From: Eledone cirrhosa
Lineage: Eukaryota
Direction: 5' to 3'
DNA length: 64,000 nucleotides
Assembly (NCBI GenBank): GCA_964016885.1
Contig: OZ024748.1
Span: 53,258,001-53,322,000 of the forward strand
Shown here: positions 1 through 19,430 of the stretch, piece after piece
Layout: each line of letters starts with the position of its first letter
Numbering within the stretch: the first letter of the stretch is position 1
Notes under the pieces: model-generated
The model's database searches: none
What the model was told of the DNA's origin: nothing
What the model saw: the letters and a program-made list of their open reading frames with translations, nothing else
Program-made: the position numbers and the translations under genes

Positions 1-219
1 AGCCAATTGCATGCCTATTTAATGGATCGATCAAATCAATTATTCATCATTTGTCAATTCCTACATATGATACATCATCATCATTATCATCATGACCATC
101 ATCATTATCAACACAATTAGCGTCCCCCATATATACATGCACAGATACTGATGTCAGTAAATAACCATGCATCGGTGTATATACACATATATAAACTTTT
201 ACAAAGATGCGTAATAGTA

Positions 220-278
220 TATACTATATATATATATATATATATAGATGATGTGTGTGTGCGTGTCTGCGATATATG

Positions 279-331
<53 letters not shown>

Positions 332-428
332 TTTTCTCCATTCCCCACACAAATTGTCTTCATTCTTCATGTTTGCGAATAAGAATGTACGTATATATAT
401 ATATGTATGTGTATATATATATATATAT

Positions 429-467
<39 letters not shown>

Positions 468-666
468 AATATATATATATATGTATATATATATGTGTGT
501 ATGTGTATATATATATATGTGTATGTATGTATATATACGTGTATGTATGTATATATACGTGTATGTGTGTATATATACGTGTATGTGTGTATATATACGT
601 GTATGTGTGTATATATATGTGTATGTGTGTATATATATATGTGTGTATATATATATATATATGTGC

Positions 667-720
<54 letters not shown>
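220..720. repeat. (TA)n/(TG)n compound microsatellite
   Basis: Direct reading of TA, TG and TATG runs; source of the spurious YIYI/VCVC ORFs. Confidence 0.95.
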
Positions 721-721
<1 letters not shown>

Positions 722-1090
722 TATGACGAGGGATTAAGTAGATTAGATGCTGGTTCTGTAAGCACAGTAGTGGCATGATGGAAAGATGCAAAGATGCTAG
801 ACCTGAAGAATTCTGCTCATGTCAGAAGATCTCCAAGAAAGCCATCAACGCGATGCCACAGAGGTTTGGTAATGGAATTAATCCTTGCTAGGCATAAGAT
901 AAATCATTGACAGGTTCAATCATTGAAGCCGAGTCTTCCAGAAATCACCAATAACAACAGCAGCAACAAAATAGCAGCAATAATGAAAATGATAAAAAAT
1001 ATAAAATCGGAAAAATAACACACAGACTATATTAAAAACATGCTCAAATGAGAAGTCAGAAAGGAATATATGTACGTACGTACGTATGTA

Positions 1091-1139
<49 letters not shown>

Positions 1140-1203
1140 ACGTAAATTGGAACGAAATATATTTTCTTGGTATATAAATATATGTATATATATTTTGATA
1201 CTG

Positions 1204-1273
<70 letters not shown>

Positions 1274-1333
1274 GGTGTAAATATATATATATAATATATA
1301 TATAATATATATATATATGTGTGTGTGTGGCTG

Positions 1334-1380
<47 letters not shown>

Positions 1381-1477
1381 CATACATATTTGCATATATA
1401 ATACATGCTTGCTCGCATAGATAAACCCATGTAAATATGCAAGTATATATCCATATAGCGATTTGTGATGCTTTCTC

Positions 1478-1640
1478 TATCTGTCCCCCTCTCGCTCTGT
1501 CCCCCTCTCACTCGCTCTGTCCCCCTCTCACACTCTCTCACTCTCTCTGTCCCCCTCTCACTCTCTCTGTCCCCCGCTCACTCTCTCTGTCCCCCTCTCA
1601 CTCTCTCCCCTCTCCCACTCTCCCTCCCTCTCTCTCTCCA
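1478..1640. repeat. ~20-bp CT-rich minisatellite (ctctgtccccctctca-like)
   Basis: About 6-7 degenerate tandem units. Confidence 0.8.
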
Positions 1641-1884
1641 TCCACACCTTACGCTGTAACACTCACGAGTACATATATACATATACAGATATTTGTATAT
1701 ATGTGTATATATACATGTGTGTGTGATTCTACAGATATATATAGATAAGAAGAGACAAAGTCTTCAGGGAGTGTGGTTCCATTAAAAAGAAAAAGGTCTT
1801 ACAAGAAAGTTAATCTCTACCTTCGCACAATTCAGTAGCAGTCTTCATTTACTTCTTAAATAAACTCTTAAAAGCAATGAAAAG

Positions 1885-1938
<54 letters not shown>

Positions 1939-2046
1939 GTACACACACACACATACATAGATTCGTGAAAAAGAAAAAATAATAAATGTCTAAAGCCAAA
2001 TGAAGGATAAAAAGACATACATGACAAAAAATGTCAATGTTTTGTT

Positions 2047-3331
<1,285 letters not shown>

Positions 3332-3634
3332 TGAAATGTGGCTTTTTAAAAATATTTCTCTGATGTGCTGAAACGAAATACACTGAAAGAAATAAATGAA
3401 ATTAGATGATGAATGAAGAACGAGGAAAATAGAGCAACTACAAAAACAACAACAAAAAATGTCAAAACTACACAAAAAAATAATGATAAAATAATGAAAA
3501 TGAAATAAATAGAATAAAGAAAAGGTTATGCTAAAAAGAATAATATAGAATATATTAATAAATATTGGTTAAAGTGCATTGAAAGTATATGAATAATTTC
3601 GAAGTGCAGAGGGTAACACGGGGAGAAAAATTTG

Positions 3635-3677
<43 letters not shown>

Positions 3678-3693
3678 TGTATATATATATATA

Positions 3694-3767
<74 letters not shown>

Positions 3768-4039
3768 TATATATATACACACACATACATATACACATAT
3801 ACACATACATAGATAGATATGTATATATACTTTTATATATATATATATATATGAACACATAGATAGTTATATATATTGTATATATTATATTTGCGTCTCT
3901 GTGTGTATATATAAATAGTGGAAAATGTTTTACACGAAACTGTAGATCCCTGAGTAACTTTTTAGCATATATACAGACATAACTGTTCGAAAACATATGT
4001 ATTATGTCGATGTACATACACACAATCACAGATACATAC

Positions 4040-4197
<158 letters not shown>

Positions 4198-4846
4198 ATA
4201 ATATAAGATAAATTGCATATACCAAAACAAAGATCAGTGAATATAACTAATATAGAATTACTTTATGATTTTTTTTATGCATCTGTTGTTAAATTTTTTT
4301 TTATTTCAGACATGTCGAACGTCTATCGTCAGATATTGCCTGACATCGTAGAGAGTTTGTCTTATCTAAACTTTCCATTTTATAGAAATAAGAGAACACT
4401 GTATTCATTATGTCGAGTAGACTGTGTACAGCGGAGAGGTTACTCATATTCTGTAAAATAAATAAAAAAAACTTTGGCTGAATTTTTCAATATGTGCCCA
4501 CACACTGACAAACTCACTGTTGTTCATTGGAATATCCCACAAGAAGCTAATCTTGATAGGTTTTAACGCTGCACATATTTACATTAATTAGATATCGCTT
4601 AATAAACACTTTGTTTTAGGTTTCAACAGCTTTTTAGATAAACCTTCATTGGCATCGCTTACATACACATATTATATACATAATCCCATTACATATATTA
4701 TTACAAATGATAGTGTGATGCATTTACAGAATCATTAGTGCATCATGAAATTCATTGCAGTATTTCGTTACGGCTTTCTATATTCTGGTTTCAAATACCG
4801 GCGTGGGTAACTTCCCTTTCATTCTTCCAGGGTCGCTGTCATATAG

Positions 4847-5031
4847 TTGTTTCTACTTTTGGCACAAGGCCAGCAATCATCCAGTGCATTACTGGTACTT
4901 TATTTTATCGACCGCGTAAGGATGAAAGGCAAAGTTAACCTCGACGGGATTTGAACTCAGACCGTAAAGGGACGTAACTATGCTGGAAAACATGGCGTCC
5001 GACCCTCTACCGATACTGCCAATTCACCGCC
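4847..5031 (-). mobile_element. tRNA-derived SINE, family 1 (~185 bp), with ~18-bp TSD, nested in an older SINE
   Basis: Minus strand has A-box TGGCAGTATCGG, B-box GAGTTCAAATCC and body gcctttcatccttacgcggtcgataaaataaagtacc (Meta-domain-like); flanked by gggtcgctgt(c/a)atatagt at 4830 and 5035. Confidence 0.9.
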
Positions 5032-5138
5032 ATTGGGTCGCTGTAATATAGTATCAGTCAAGTAGTCGGTCAATTTAATCGGTTTTCTCCTCCTCAAATA
5101 TTGCTAGCCCTCTGCCTAAATCAGAAGATATTATGTGA

Positions 5139-5322
5139 GCGGCGGATTGGCTGTGCCAATAGGGAGTCGGGTTACATGATTTACGGCATATAGTTACATC
5201 ACTATACGTTCTGAGTTCAAATTCCGCCGAGGTTAGCTTTGTCTTTTATCTTTATGGGGTTGATACAATAAAGTATCAGTAATGCCCTGGGGTTGGCTTT
5301 TTGCCTAAATCAGAAACCATTA
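5139..5322 (+). mobile_element. SINE family 1, diverged copy
   Basis: gagttcaaattccgccgaggttagctttgtc...; same order of motifs as the other copies. Confidence 0.75.
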
Positions 5323-5546
5323 TTACACTCGATATCAGCTGCTAATCGACCAATAAATTCCCATTCTTGTATATTGTATGATGTTCCTTATACAAATTAT
5401 CGCAATTTCAGTGTTGGTTGGCATGTTTATCTGGGTTTACATGGTGCCGAAGTCCACTTAACTGTTCATACATTTGGAAAGTGACTGCTTCTGCACATGC
5501 GTATTCGTACAGTTGTTTTTTTCCTTTTTCGTACAATCTCATTTAA

Positions 5547-5589
5547 ACCGAGCTGATGATCCGAATAAGGTGAAACAGATGTTCTCGGT
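5547..5589 (+). ncRNA. Type I minimal hammerhead ribozyme motif (family C)
   Basis: accgag CTGATGA t-cc-gaataa-gg-t GAAAC agat GTT ctcggt; 6-bp stem I; downstream atggtgaactaactgttgtg matches the 21591 copy, then (TA)n. Confidence 0.75.
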
Positions 5590-5614
5590 AATGGTGAACT
5601 AACTGTTGTGGAAC

Positions 5615-5653
<39 letters not shown>

Positions 5654-5950
5654 GTGTGTGTGCGTGAGCGTACGTTGATACAAACCAAAATTAGAGAGAA
5701 TTGAGTGTGTACAAATAATTCTGTTGTTAAGTTATTAGCTTGAAGTAGATTTATATCGTTTCATCAAGTCTAAATTGTGTCTATCACCAACAATCCAGAC
5801 AACCTGCTTGTAAATATCTTTTTCGTGGACGGCACAAATTCTAAACAGCGAGCAATGTCACTTACGTTAAGTTAGTTCCTGAAACAGCATCCACCCTTTA
5901 CCTTCCACTTTAGTTTGAGAGATGGGTGGAGTCGATTAAATCGACTCCAG

Positions 5951-5996
<46 letters not shown>

Positions 5997-6277
5997 TATA
6001 AAATCACACTTGGTAATGCACACATACGCATACACCATCACGAACAAAATATAACATCTCAGCACACGAATCCATGCATACATAGACATAGTATGGTATG
6101 GTCCCGTAACACTTGATAGTCATAGCAGCGCTGTATTTACATACGGTGTTTCATGAGTACCTTAAGTGTGATGAAGCCCATCGCTCTCCCGGCCTGAATA
6201 CAGCAGATTCCTTACAGAGACAGATAGAAAATAAGAGAGAGGAAATGTGAAAGAGATATACAGGAAGAATTGATCCC

Positions 6278-6392
6278 AGTACTTGACTGGTACTTTTTTA
6301 TCGACCTCGAAGGGATGAAAGGCAAAGTTGACCTCGACGGGATTTGAACTCATTCTATCCGACGTTCTAACAACTCTGCCAATTCATCGCCT
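6278..6392 (-). mobile_element. SINE family 1 partial copy
   Basis: tcgacctcgaagggatgaaaggcaaagttgacctcgacgggatttgaactc. Confidence 0.8.
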
Positions 6393-6617
6393 ATACATAC
6401 ACACAAACAAAAAATGAAAACAACACGCTCACACTCCTATTGGGGTACAGTGAGATGGGGAGAAACAGTGAGTGAGTGAGTGGAAGTGTGAGGAAGAGGT
6501 CAGTAGAGAGAAAGTGTTAACTGACATGACAGAGGGGGCGAAAGAAAGTAAGAGAAACAGTAACGAGGGAGCAGTAAGAGAGAGAGAAAAACAGAATCGC
6601 AGTTTAGGTAAATATAT

Positions 6618-6700
6618 GTGAAAAAATGGGGAGAAGAATACTGCAGGTTGCACATGGATAACATGTTATAAAATGAGTCCCTCATCAGTGATTTGCCAAA
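6618..6700. repeat. Interspersed repeat fragment, second copy at ~53691-53774
   Basis: gagaagaatactgc..gttgcacatggataacatgttataaaatgagtccctcatca shared by both; CTGATGA on the minus strand. Confidence 0.75.
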
Positions 6701-7000
6701 ACCACCACACCACACCACACCATACCACCAATGCCACCACACCACACCATATATCGCCAATGCCACCACACCACACCATATCGCCAATGCCACCACACCA
6801 CACCATATATCGCCAATACCACCACCCCACACCACACCATATCGCCAATGCCACCACACCACACCATATCGCCAATACCACCACACCACACCATATCGCC
6901 AATATCACCACACCACACCATATCGCCAATACCACCACACCACACCACACTATATCGCCAATGCCACCACACCACACCATACCACCACACCACACCATAC
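6701..7000. repeat. ~25-bp minisatellite (caccacaccatatcgccaatgccac)
   Basis: About 10-11 tandem units. Confidence 0.9.
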
Positions 7001-7175
7001 CCTCAGTACCACCACTAACACACCTCCCGGCCTTGTCATCTCTCCCCATATCGTCTTCAAACCTCATTTATTCCAGTTGCTGAATATTTTGGTGCCTTGG
7101 CTTAAATCAAGATGGCGCCGAACACAAACTGAAATGATAAGTGGAAATTAGAAAAAGACACGATATATATATATT

Positions 7176-7236
<61 letters not shown>

Positions 7237-7412
7237 ATGTATGTATGTATGTATGTGCGTGTATGTATGTGTGTGTGTGTGTGGAAGACTGGTGATGAAT
7301 ATATACATAATATATACATACATATGTAGATATATATAATTTTCATAATTGCGGCGATGGTGAGGCTGGAAATAATGATTATAATGAATATATATATGTA
7401 TGTAGATGTGTG

Positions 7413-7460
<48 letters not shown>

Positions 7461-7565
7461 TTGTTGATGACGATGATGGACCAACTGGACACGAAGTGTG
7501 CAAGAGCTGGAAATTAATTAAAAATCACGAAAGCTGGCACATCTACACATGTCCATACACACACA

Positions 7566-7676
<111 letters not shown>

Positions 7677-7822
7677 AGACTTACACAAACACGGACTTGC
7701 ACACGTACAACGCCCATACACAGACATGTAGACATACACACACATACATACACATACACACACATACATACACGTAGAAAACATTAATACACACACATAG
7801 TTTCATGCTGTTTGGAAATTCT

Positions 7823-7857
<35 letters not shown>

Positions 7858-8061
7858 AAGATTTGTCAGATTTTGTGTATTGCGATGTATGTAGGTGTGT
7901 GTGCGTATGCGTGTGTGTGTGGCAATGAGTGTGTGTGTGTGTGGTGATGAGTGTCTGTGTGTGTGTGTGTGTGTGTGTATAGATGTGTTTAATCGTGTGG
8001 TTGAGTGTTCGGGACTGTGTGTCTAAGAAGTTGGCATGTGTCTGGGAGCAGCTGTTTATGT

Positions 8062-8300
8062 GTGTGTTGTGTATAGACGTGCGTGTGTGTTGTGTATAGA
8101 CGTGCGTGTGTGTTGTGTATAGACGTGCGTGTGTGTTGTGTATAGACGTGCGTGTGTGTTGTGTATAGACGTGTGTGTGTGTGTTGTATATAGACGTGTG
8201 TGTGTGTGTTGTATATAGACGTGTGTGTTGTGTATAGACGTGTGTATGTTGTGTATAGACGTGTGTGTGTTGTGTATAGACGTGTGTATGTGTGTTGTGT
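8062..8300. repeat. ~22-bp minisatellite (gtgtgttgtgtatagacgtgc)
   Basis: About 10 units inside a GT tract. Confidence 0.85.
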
Positions 8301-8404
8301 CTACTTGTTTGTATTAAATGCATAATGACATATTTAGGTGTGCAGCACGAAAAAAAGATATAGAAAAAGATGAATAGACGTATATGTATAATGTCTATAC
8401 CCCG

Positions 8405-8440
<36 letters not shown>

Positions 8441-8529
8441 TACTCTTTTACTTTTGTCATTCACTGAACTACGGCCTAGCTGGGGCAGAACCATGAAAGG
8501 TTTTAGATTGTATTAGGTGTTATTATAAT

Positions 8530-8952
8530 AATTGTTTCTACCTTTGGCACAAGGCCAGCAATTATCCCAGCGTATTAATGGTACTTTATTTTATCGACCC
8601 TGTAAGGATGAAAGGCAAAGTTAACCTCGGCGGGATTTGAACTCAGACCATAAAGGACCGTAACTCTTTGCTGCAAAGCATGGCGTCAGACCCTCTACCG
8701 ATACTGGCAATCCACCGCCGTTGCCAATCCAGGTGTTATTATAATAATGGTTTCTGATTTAGTCACAAGGCCAACAATTTGGGGGGAGGGGTAACAGTTG
8801 ATTACCTTACTAGTATTTAATTTTATCGACCCCGTAAGGTTCAAAGGCAAAGCTATGCTCGGCGGGATTGGAATTCATAACTTAAAGGGATGTAACTATA
8901 TACCACAAAGCATGTTGTCCGATGCTCTGGCGATTCTGCCAATCCACCACCC
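8530..8952 (-). mobile_element. Two tandem SINE family 1 copies (8530-8719 young, 8745-8952 older variant)
   Basis: Both carry the B-box and the cgacccc-gtaagg-aaaggcaaag body. Confidence 0.9.
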
Positions 8953-9067
8953 TCCAACGTTATTATAATAGAAGAAATAAAAAAATGCTTTTCATCAAAA
9001 TCCACATTATGTACTTCTTTATGCCTAAATATTGAGGAATAATCAAAATTTTCAACATTGCTCCATT

Positions 9068-10216
9068 TATAGAGGGATCTCCTTGTTAACCCTTCTCGGC
9101 AAAGTCTAAGCTAAGTGTCTGGCAAAAAAAGGCATGGAGATTGTCGAGTCCAAGCAAGCTGATGAACAGTGTGGTTTTCGCCTTGGACGCAGCACAGCCG
9201 ACCAAATATTCACACTGGGGTTGCTCTTTGGGAAATCGTGGGAGAACTGCCGAGAGGTGAATTCTTGCTTTGTAGAACTCAAAAAGGCATATGGCCGCAT
9301 TCCACGGAACCTGATGTGGAAGGTTGTGCAGGAGTATGGGATCGGTGAATAGCTTTTTGTTTCCCTGAAATCTCAATACGAATTCCCGAGTATTTGTGTT
9401 CGGATAAATGGTGCTAAATCGAAACCATTCAATGTGGGAGTCGAACTTCGTCTTGGGTGTGTGTTGTTACCTCTTCTGTTTCATGAACAAGATTGACATG
9501 CGCAGCCGGGCTGTAAGTGGTATCACGACTGGCAAGTGTAGAATCAGTCGGCTGGAATTTGCAGACGACGTGGTATTAGTGAACTCGTCAAAAGGTGATC
9601 TCCAACGTGCACTAGGTTTCATGCTGAGTTCTGTATGGCTGGAATGAAAATCAGTGCTGCGAAAATTGAAACACTCGTCCTCTCAAGGAAGTTTGCGCAG
9701 TGCACTGTACATGTGAATGGAGTTCTACTGAAGAAACTAGAAAGATTCAAGTGTCTCGGGGCTGTGTTCACGAGTAATGGGAGGCAGAAGGCTGAATTAA
9801 GTGCAAGAATTGCAGGAGCTAGCGCAATAATGCGCAAGTTTCAGCCCTCGGTAATCAGAAAAAGGGAGGTCGGTGTAAAAGCGAATCTTCAATTCGGTAT
9901 TCGTGCCAACCCTAATCTATGGTCATGGATTTTGGGTAATTACCGAAAGAATACGATTGCGAATACAAGCGGCTGAAATGGGGTTCTATCGAGGAGTCGT
10001 TGGAGTAATGTAGTCGTTATTTCTCCGAATTGAGAGCTCACAGCTCTGAAATTACGGACATGTCTCACGAAAGAATCTTAATAGATTTTACGAGCAAAAC
10101 AAACTGACAGAAAAGCCAGGAGAAGATGCAGAGCAAAATAATCGTATAACATCCATGAGCCTGGATGGTCTGGCTTGGGGATCCAGCCGGATCAATTAGA
10201 GACGGTTGCTTCTGAC
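9068..10216 (+). pseudogene. RTE-clade (Expander/Rex3-like) LINE reverse-transcriptase fragment, frameshifted
   Basis: Translations YRGISLL, EQCGFRLGRSTADQIFTL, FVELKKAYGRIPRNLMWKVVQEYG, RLEFADDVVL, GMKISAAKIETLVLSRK, FKCLGAVFTSNGR; internal stops and frameshifts. Confidence 0.9.
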
Positions 10217-10254
10217 ATGACTCACTCAGGATTGTGTGTTTCATTGCCGATAGC

Positions 10255-11010
10255 ACGTTGTCTTCTTGAACAAGACACTTTATTTCACGCTGTGTCCTTG
10301 AGCAAGTCACTTTATTTCACGTTGTGTCCTTGAGCAAGTCACTTTATTTCACGTTGTGTCCTTGAGCAAGTCACTTTGTAACGTCGTGTCCTTGAGCAAG
10401 TCACTTTATTTCACGTTGACCTTGAGCAGGTCACTTTGTAACGTCGTGTCCTTGAGCAAGTCACTTTATTTCACGCTGTGTCCTTGAGCAAGTCACTTTA
10501 TTTCACGTTGTGTCCTTGAGCAGGTCACTTTGTAACGTCGTGTCCTTGAGCAAGTCACTTTATTTCACGCTGTGTCCTTGAGCAAGTCACTTTATTTCAC
10601 GTTGTGTCCTTGAGCAAGTCACTTTATTTCACGTTGTGCCCTTGAGCAGGTCACTTTGTAACGTCGTGTCCTTGAGCAAGTCACTTTATTTCACGTTGTG
10701 TCCTTGAGCAAGTCACTTTATTTCACGTTGTGCCCTTGAGCAGGTCACTTTGTAACGTCGTGTCCTTGAGCAAGTCACTTTATTTCACGTTGTGTCCTTG
10801 AGCAAGTCACTTTGTAACGTCGTGTCCTTGAGCAAGTCACTTTATTTCACGTTGACCTTGAGCAAGTTATTTTGTTACGTTGTGTCCTTGAGCAAGTCAC
10901 TTTATTTCACGATGTATCCTTGAGCAAGGCACTTTATTACACACTATGTCCTTCAGCAAGGTACTGTTTCACGCTGTCTTCTAGAGCGTGACACTTTATT
11001 TCACGCTGTT
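10255..11010 (+). repeat. Minisatellite of ~24 units (32-bp and 30-bp variants) amplified from inside a family 2 SINE
   Basis: gtgtccttgagcaagtcactttatttcacgtt and gtgtccttgagcaagtcactttgtaacgtc; the flanks continue the SINE (ccaatccaactcagctggcaaaaa). Confidence 0.9.
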
Positions 11011-11262
11011 CCAATCCAACTCAGCTGGCAAAAACTTTATTGTAGATGTAATACAAACGATAATTAAAGGAAACGATGATCTGATCCACACTTAAATACC
11101 GACTTTAAAATGTATTCATTTCACCAATTTAATGTAAGGATTGTTCTAGATTACAAACGAAATATTCGAAGCTGAAATTCTAACACACCTCGTAAAGTTT
11201 AACAAATAATTAACTAATACTACTGTTGCTGCTATTGTTGCTGCTGCTGCTGCTACTACTAG

Positions 11263-11307
<45 letters not shown>

Positions 11308-11381
11308 ATATATATGTGAATAATTTCCTATATTTCCCCATTTACCAATCTCTGTTTCATATCTCTCCCTCTCTCCCCCTC

Positions 11382-11422
<41 letters not shown>

Positions 11423-11423
11423 A

Positions 11424-12000
11424 TGGCGTGGCTGATCTGTGGGGCTACGCCAAACGACTGCTGTCGCGGGTGGCGCCGATTCAATTAACCGCCGAGTCCG
11501 TGATGACAATCAAACCGCCTCCCCTCTTCACAAAGGAAGCAAAGGCGGTTTTCTGTGCGTAATAGCCATGTTGGAAGAGGTTGTTTGGTGGACACGATTG
11601 AAAGGTCTGAGGTCAGGCAACTTCCTCTCTGGCCATAGTCTGGTCTACTTCTTCCGATATCACTTCGGAAGAAGGATAAGAATGGAGAGAGAGGTGCTTG
11701 GCCACAGGCAGTTTTATGAAAGGTGGGTGATAGTGGCGAGAATGGCTCGTGGAAATGGGCCTTCTCTGTATACCATCTTGTAGGTAAAGAAGTGAAGGAG
11801 AGGGGAGCACCTTCTCCGTGTGCTCCCTGGGCAAAGGATTGCACACTTTTTCGGGGGTGTGTGCAACCCCCATCACGTCCCCTCCCTTTTGAGGTTATTT
11901 TCGATTATTTTCATTTTATACCCTTTTTACTCGATTGTATGTAAACTCCCCCTTTGTATTTGTCCCTTCTTTTTATGCCTTTATGGTAAATAAAGAAATA
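11424..12000 (+). pseudogene. Tx1/L1-like LINE 3' fragment (ORF2 C-terminus plus 3'UTR)
   Basis: VADLWGYAKRLLSRV...(frameshift)...EEVVWWTRLKG...FFRYHFGRRIRMER...ERWVIVARM...SLYTIL*; ends in ggtaaataaagaaata; related copy at 52281. Confidence 0.65.
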
Positions 12001-12197
12001 TATCTATCTATCCATCTATATATCTCTGTATGTATGTATGTATATATTTACACACACACACACACACACACGCACACACATATGTATGTCAATTTTGTAT
12101 ATCTAAATAATAAATAAACATTTTGAAAACCAGCTATGAATTGAAGGTTGACGACCAGCGCCGTCTAGCGGAATACAGCAAAAGCTGTGAGGGATAA

Positions 12198-12228
12198 TTG
12201 TCTAGGCATTTCGAACTTATCAGGACAA
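12198..12228 (-). ncRNA. Ultra-minimal, possibly degenerate hammerhead-like motif
   Basis: ttgtc CTGATAA gttc GAAA tgcc TA gacaa; perfect 5-bp stem I, G8A core change. Confidence 0.4.
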
Positions 12229-12413
12229 CGCTTGCCCCTGCTTACTGCTGGACTTTGAGACAAGCGAAAATAGATATTTTTTTCGCCTGTGTAGGTGGAC
12301 TGATTAGCCTCAAATGCATACGAAGCTTTATAAGTTGGCTCACCTTAAAATTGAATTATAGTTTAGCTTTATACAACTACATTGAAGCTAAATTGTAATT
12401 AAAAATATATAAA

Positions 12414-12955
12414 CTTGGTGTGGCAATAGTCTTTAGAATAACCCTTTAAATGAAAATGCACAACATGTTGAAACTAAAATTTATTTATTCTGCAAAACAT
12501 AATCTCCATTGAATGCAGTAACATCTTTACAGTGCTTATGCAAAGCACTTAACACTTTCTGGAACTGTTCCTTCGGCAATTGTTGAAATCAGTGAAACGA
12601 ATCATCTACCACCTCTTCTAATGAAGCGAAAACAAATTTTCAAAGATATTGCTTTAATAACATGAACACCCAACGACCGCACAAATTTAAGTGGAGACTA
12701 TAGGGTGATTGTTTGATCATTACCACTCTTCTCTTGAGGGAAAAAAATATTTTGTGGATTGAGCAGTACGATGCATCTATTATAAATCCACAAGAATGAC
12801 AGCAAAATAATTATACATCGGCCTGTGACAAAATACAGCATTCATACAGAATATCACGCGTGTACAGCGATGTTCAAATTCCAATTAATATTAACAATAT
12901 TTACTGCTATATACGGCACTCAGCCTGCTAATCTAAAGACTTTTACAACGTCAAG
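12414..12955 (-). mobile_element. Internally deleted mariner (Tc1/mariner) element with transposase C-terminal remnant (12481-~12795)
   Basis: Minus-strand translation KQSPYSLHLNLCGRWVFMLLKQYL*..FASLEEVV...QLPKEQF...HC..V...NGDY (decayed YSPDL...GDY); degenerate ~28-bp TIRs sharing agtctttaga. Confidence 0.75.
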
Positions 12956-12957
12956 AA

Positions 12958-12999
<42 letters not shown>

Positions 13000-13293
13000 C
13001 TTTATTCTGGATTCATAGGAACCAATCGAGGGCATTATTTAATACCCTTCGATACGGTCCAGGTTTGTTATTTAAATTGATTGTAATTTTGTTGTTATGG
13101 TGGCTTGTGTGGCTTTGTCCCCTTAACCACAGTTTTCAATTTGTCATGCTATTTAACGTATGTTTATTACTCTAAGGTGTAACCTATCGATTTATCGATA
13201 CATTCTTATTGAGTGCTTCGTGCAAACTCCGAATTGTTTTTTCGCGGATGTTAGCCGACTGCCACAGCTTCGATTTTACTAACGTTCCACTCG
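13000..13293 (+). mobile_element. Penelope-like pLTR/tail fragment (family G) between (TA)n runs
   Basis: atttgtcatgctatttaacgtatgtttatt-ACTC...GAGT-gc...gattttactaa matches 20584-20740 (minus) and 62790-62860. Confidence 0.6.
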
Positions 13294-14022
13294 TATATAT
13301 ATATATATAAATGAAAGGTATAGAAAATAGAAAATATTGTAGCAAAAAGGCAATATATATATAGTAATATATATATATATATATATAGTAATAATAATAA
13401 ATATGAAGACTAAAATCCGAATAGGGCTTGATAAGGATTATATATATATAAAAAATATATAAAAACCATAGTTTCAGAAGATCCCGTTAAGGGTGAAAGC
13501 AACGATTCTTTGCTTAAACTTTAATCTGTTATTTTAATATATATATATATATATATTCCGGTTGCTCCGTCTGTCTCTCTCTCTCTCTCTCTCCACGTCG
13601 ATTCAGTTGACACGGTAACATTGGGCTCCTGTTTTGCCCCCCCCCCCCCCCCCCCCCCAGACTTACGTCTAATCGGTACGCTATAACTTATTCTATCCTA
13701 TTTTTTCCTCGGTTACTCACTTGCATGTTCCATTGTCTTGTGTCCCTCCACTATCGGGTCTGTTTACCTGTTTTTTTTCTCTTTCTTCCTCTCACCTCAC
13801 TACATTTCCCCCCTTTTTAATTTTTTTTCTTTTTCCTTCTTTTTGATTGATAAAAGGCCTTGGGTGCACCGCTGATCGCTTTTAGATGTCCTGTATTAAG
13901 CGCCGAAACATCTTGATCTCGGTTTTACAGCTGATGAAGGATTTCTTTTCTTCTCTTGTTTAGTCCATACTACCATCTTAAACTTCGTTTACAGTAACCA
14001 CACAGCTCCTTTCGTTTCTTAT

Positions 14023-14376
14023 AAATATATATATATATATATATATATGTATATGTATATGTAATATATATATGTATATATGTATGTATATATATGTATA
14101 TATGTATGTATATATGTATATGTATATATATATGTATATATGTATGTATATATATGTATATATGTATATATATATATGTATATATATATGAATATATATA
14201 TGTATGTATATATATATGTATATATGTATGTATATATATATGTATATATGTATGTATATATGCATATATATATGTATATATGTATGTATATATGTATATA
14301 TATATGTATATATGTATGTATATATATGTATATATGTATGTATATATGTATATATATATGTATATATATATGTATA
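14023..14376. repeat. (TA)n/TATG tract
   Basis: Direct reading. Confidence 0.95.
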
Positions 14377-14989
14377 TAACTTTGAATAACTTTGAAATGT
14401 TTTGGCCAGTATTGGCCCAGGCCATGTCTAACTTAATAGCACCACCTGGCGAAGTCTTTCAATTCAGGATTTGGGCACCATGGCCCATTCGAGAAGAGAA
14501 TTGCTGTTTGCGGAGACATATCCGGGTGTGGGTGGTTTGTCCGGGATTACTTGGAGGAATTTGTCCAAAGACTTCTTGAATTTTGTGTGGTCAGTTTCTG
14601 TTTTGACGTGTCCTGGTGTGATGTTGAAGAGAGCAGGGCCGATTGAGGTGAAATAATTGTGCCGTATTGTTGTATGAGTTGCGATTTAGATTTTGAATGG
14701 GACGGTTAGCACGGGGCCCAAGCCTTGGGGTGTATCTTGAAGGCGATGCCAACATCATTTGGGCAGTGATGATGGAACATTTTCCACATCATGCAGATAA
14801 TATAACGCTCACGGCGACGTTGGAGTGAGTAAAGTTTCAGGTTTTCCAATCGACCCCAGTAGTCAAGGTCTGACATGCCATCTATCTTTTTCGTGATTGC
14901 CCTTTGAGGAGCTTCAAGTTTCATGATACTTTGTTTCGTGTGGGGAGACCACAGTGGACAACAGTATTCAAGGTGTGGTCGGGCGAATA
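14377..14989 (-). pseudogene. CR1-like LINE 3' end (ORF2 C-terminus plus 3'UTR)
   Basis: [15 protein letters not shown]...[42 protein letters not shown]...WK, then in another frame HNYFTSIGPALFN...[16 protein letters not shown]; terminal ttcaaagtta duplication. Confidence 0.88.

Positions 14990-19430
<4,441 letters not shown>

Noticed and set aside
4309-4461. Possible exon after tttatttcag
   Set aside because: Short ORF with no recognisable homology and no partner exons
6680-6692. Minus-strand CTGATGA in a two-copy repeat
   Set aside because: Only the 5' half is present, and the second copy at 53755 has a mutated core
10255-11010. CRISPR-like array of ~30-bp repeats
   Set aside because: Units are contiguous with no unique spacers, derive from a SINE, have no cas genes nearby and sit in a eukaryotic context
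13868-13970. Two hammerhead-like starts (ctgatcg...gaaac; ctgatgaagga)
   Set aside because: Core or stems are too degenerate to close a structure
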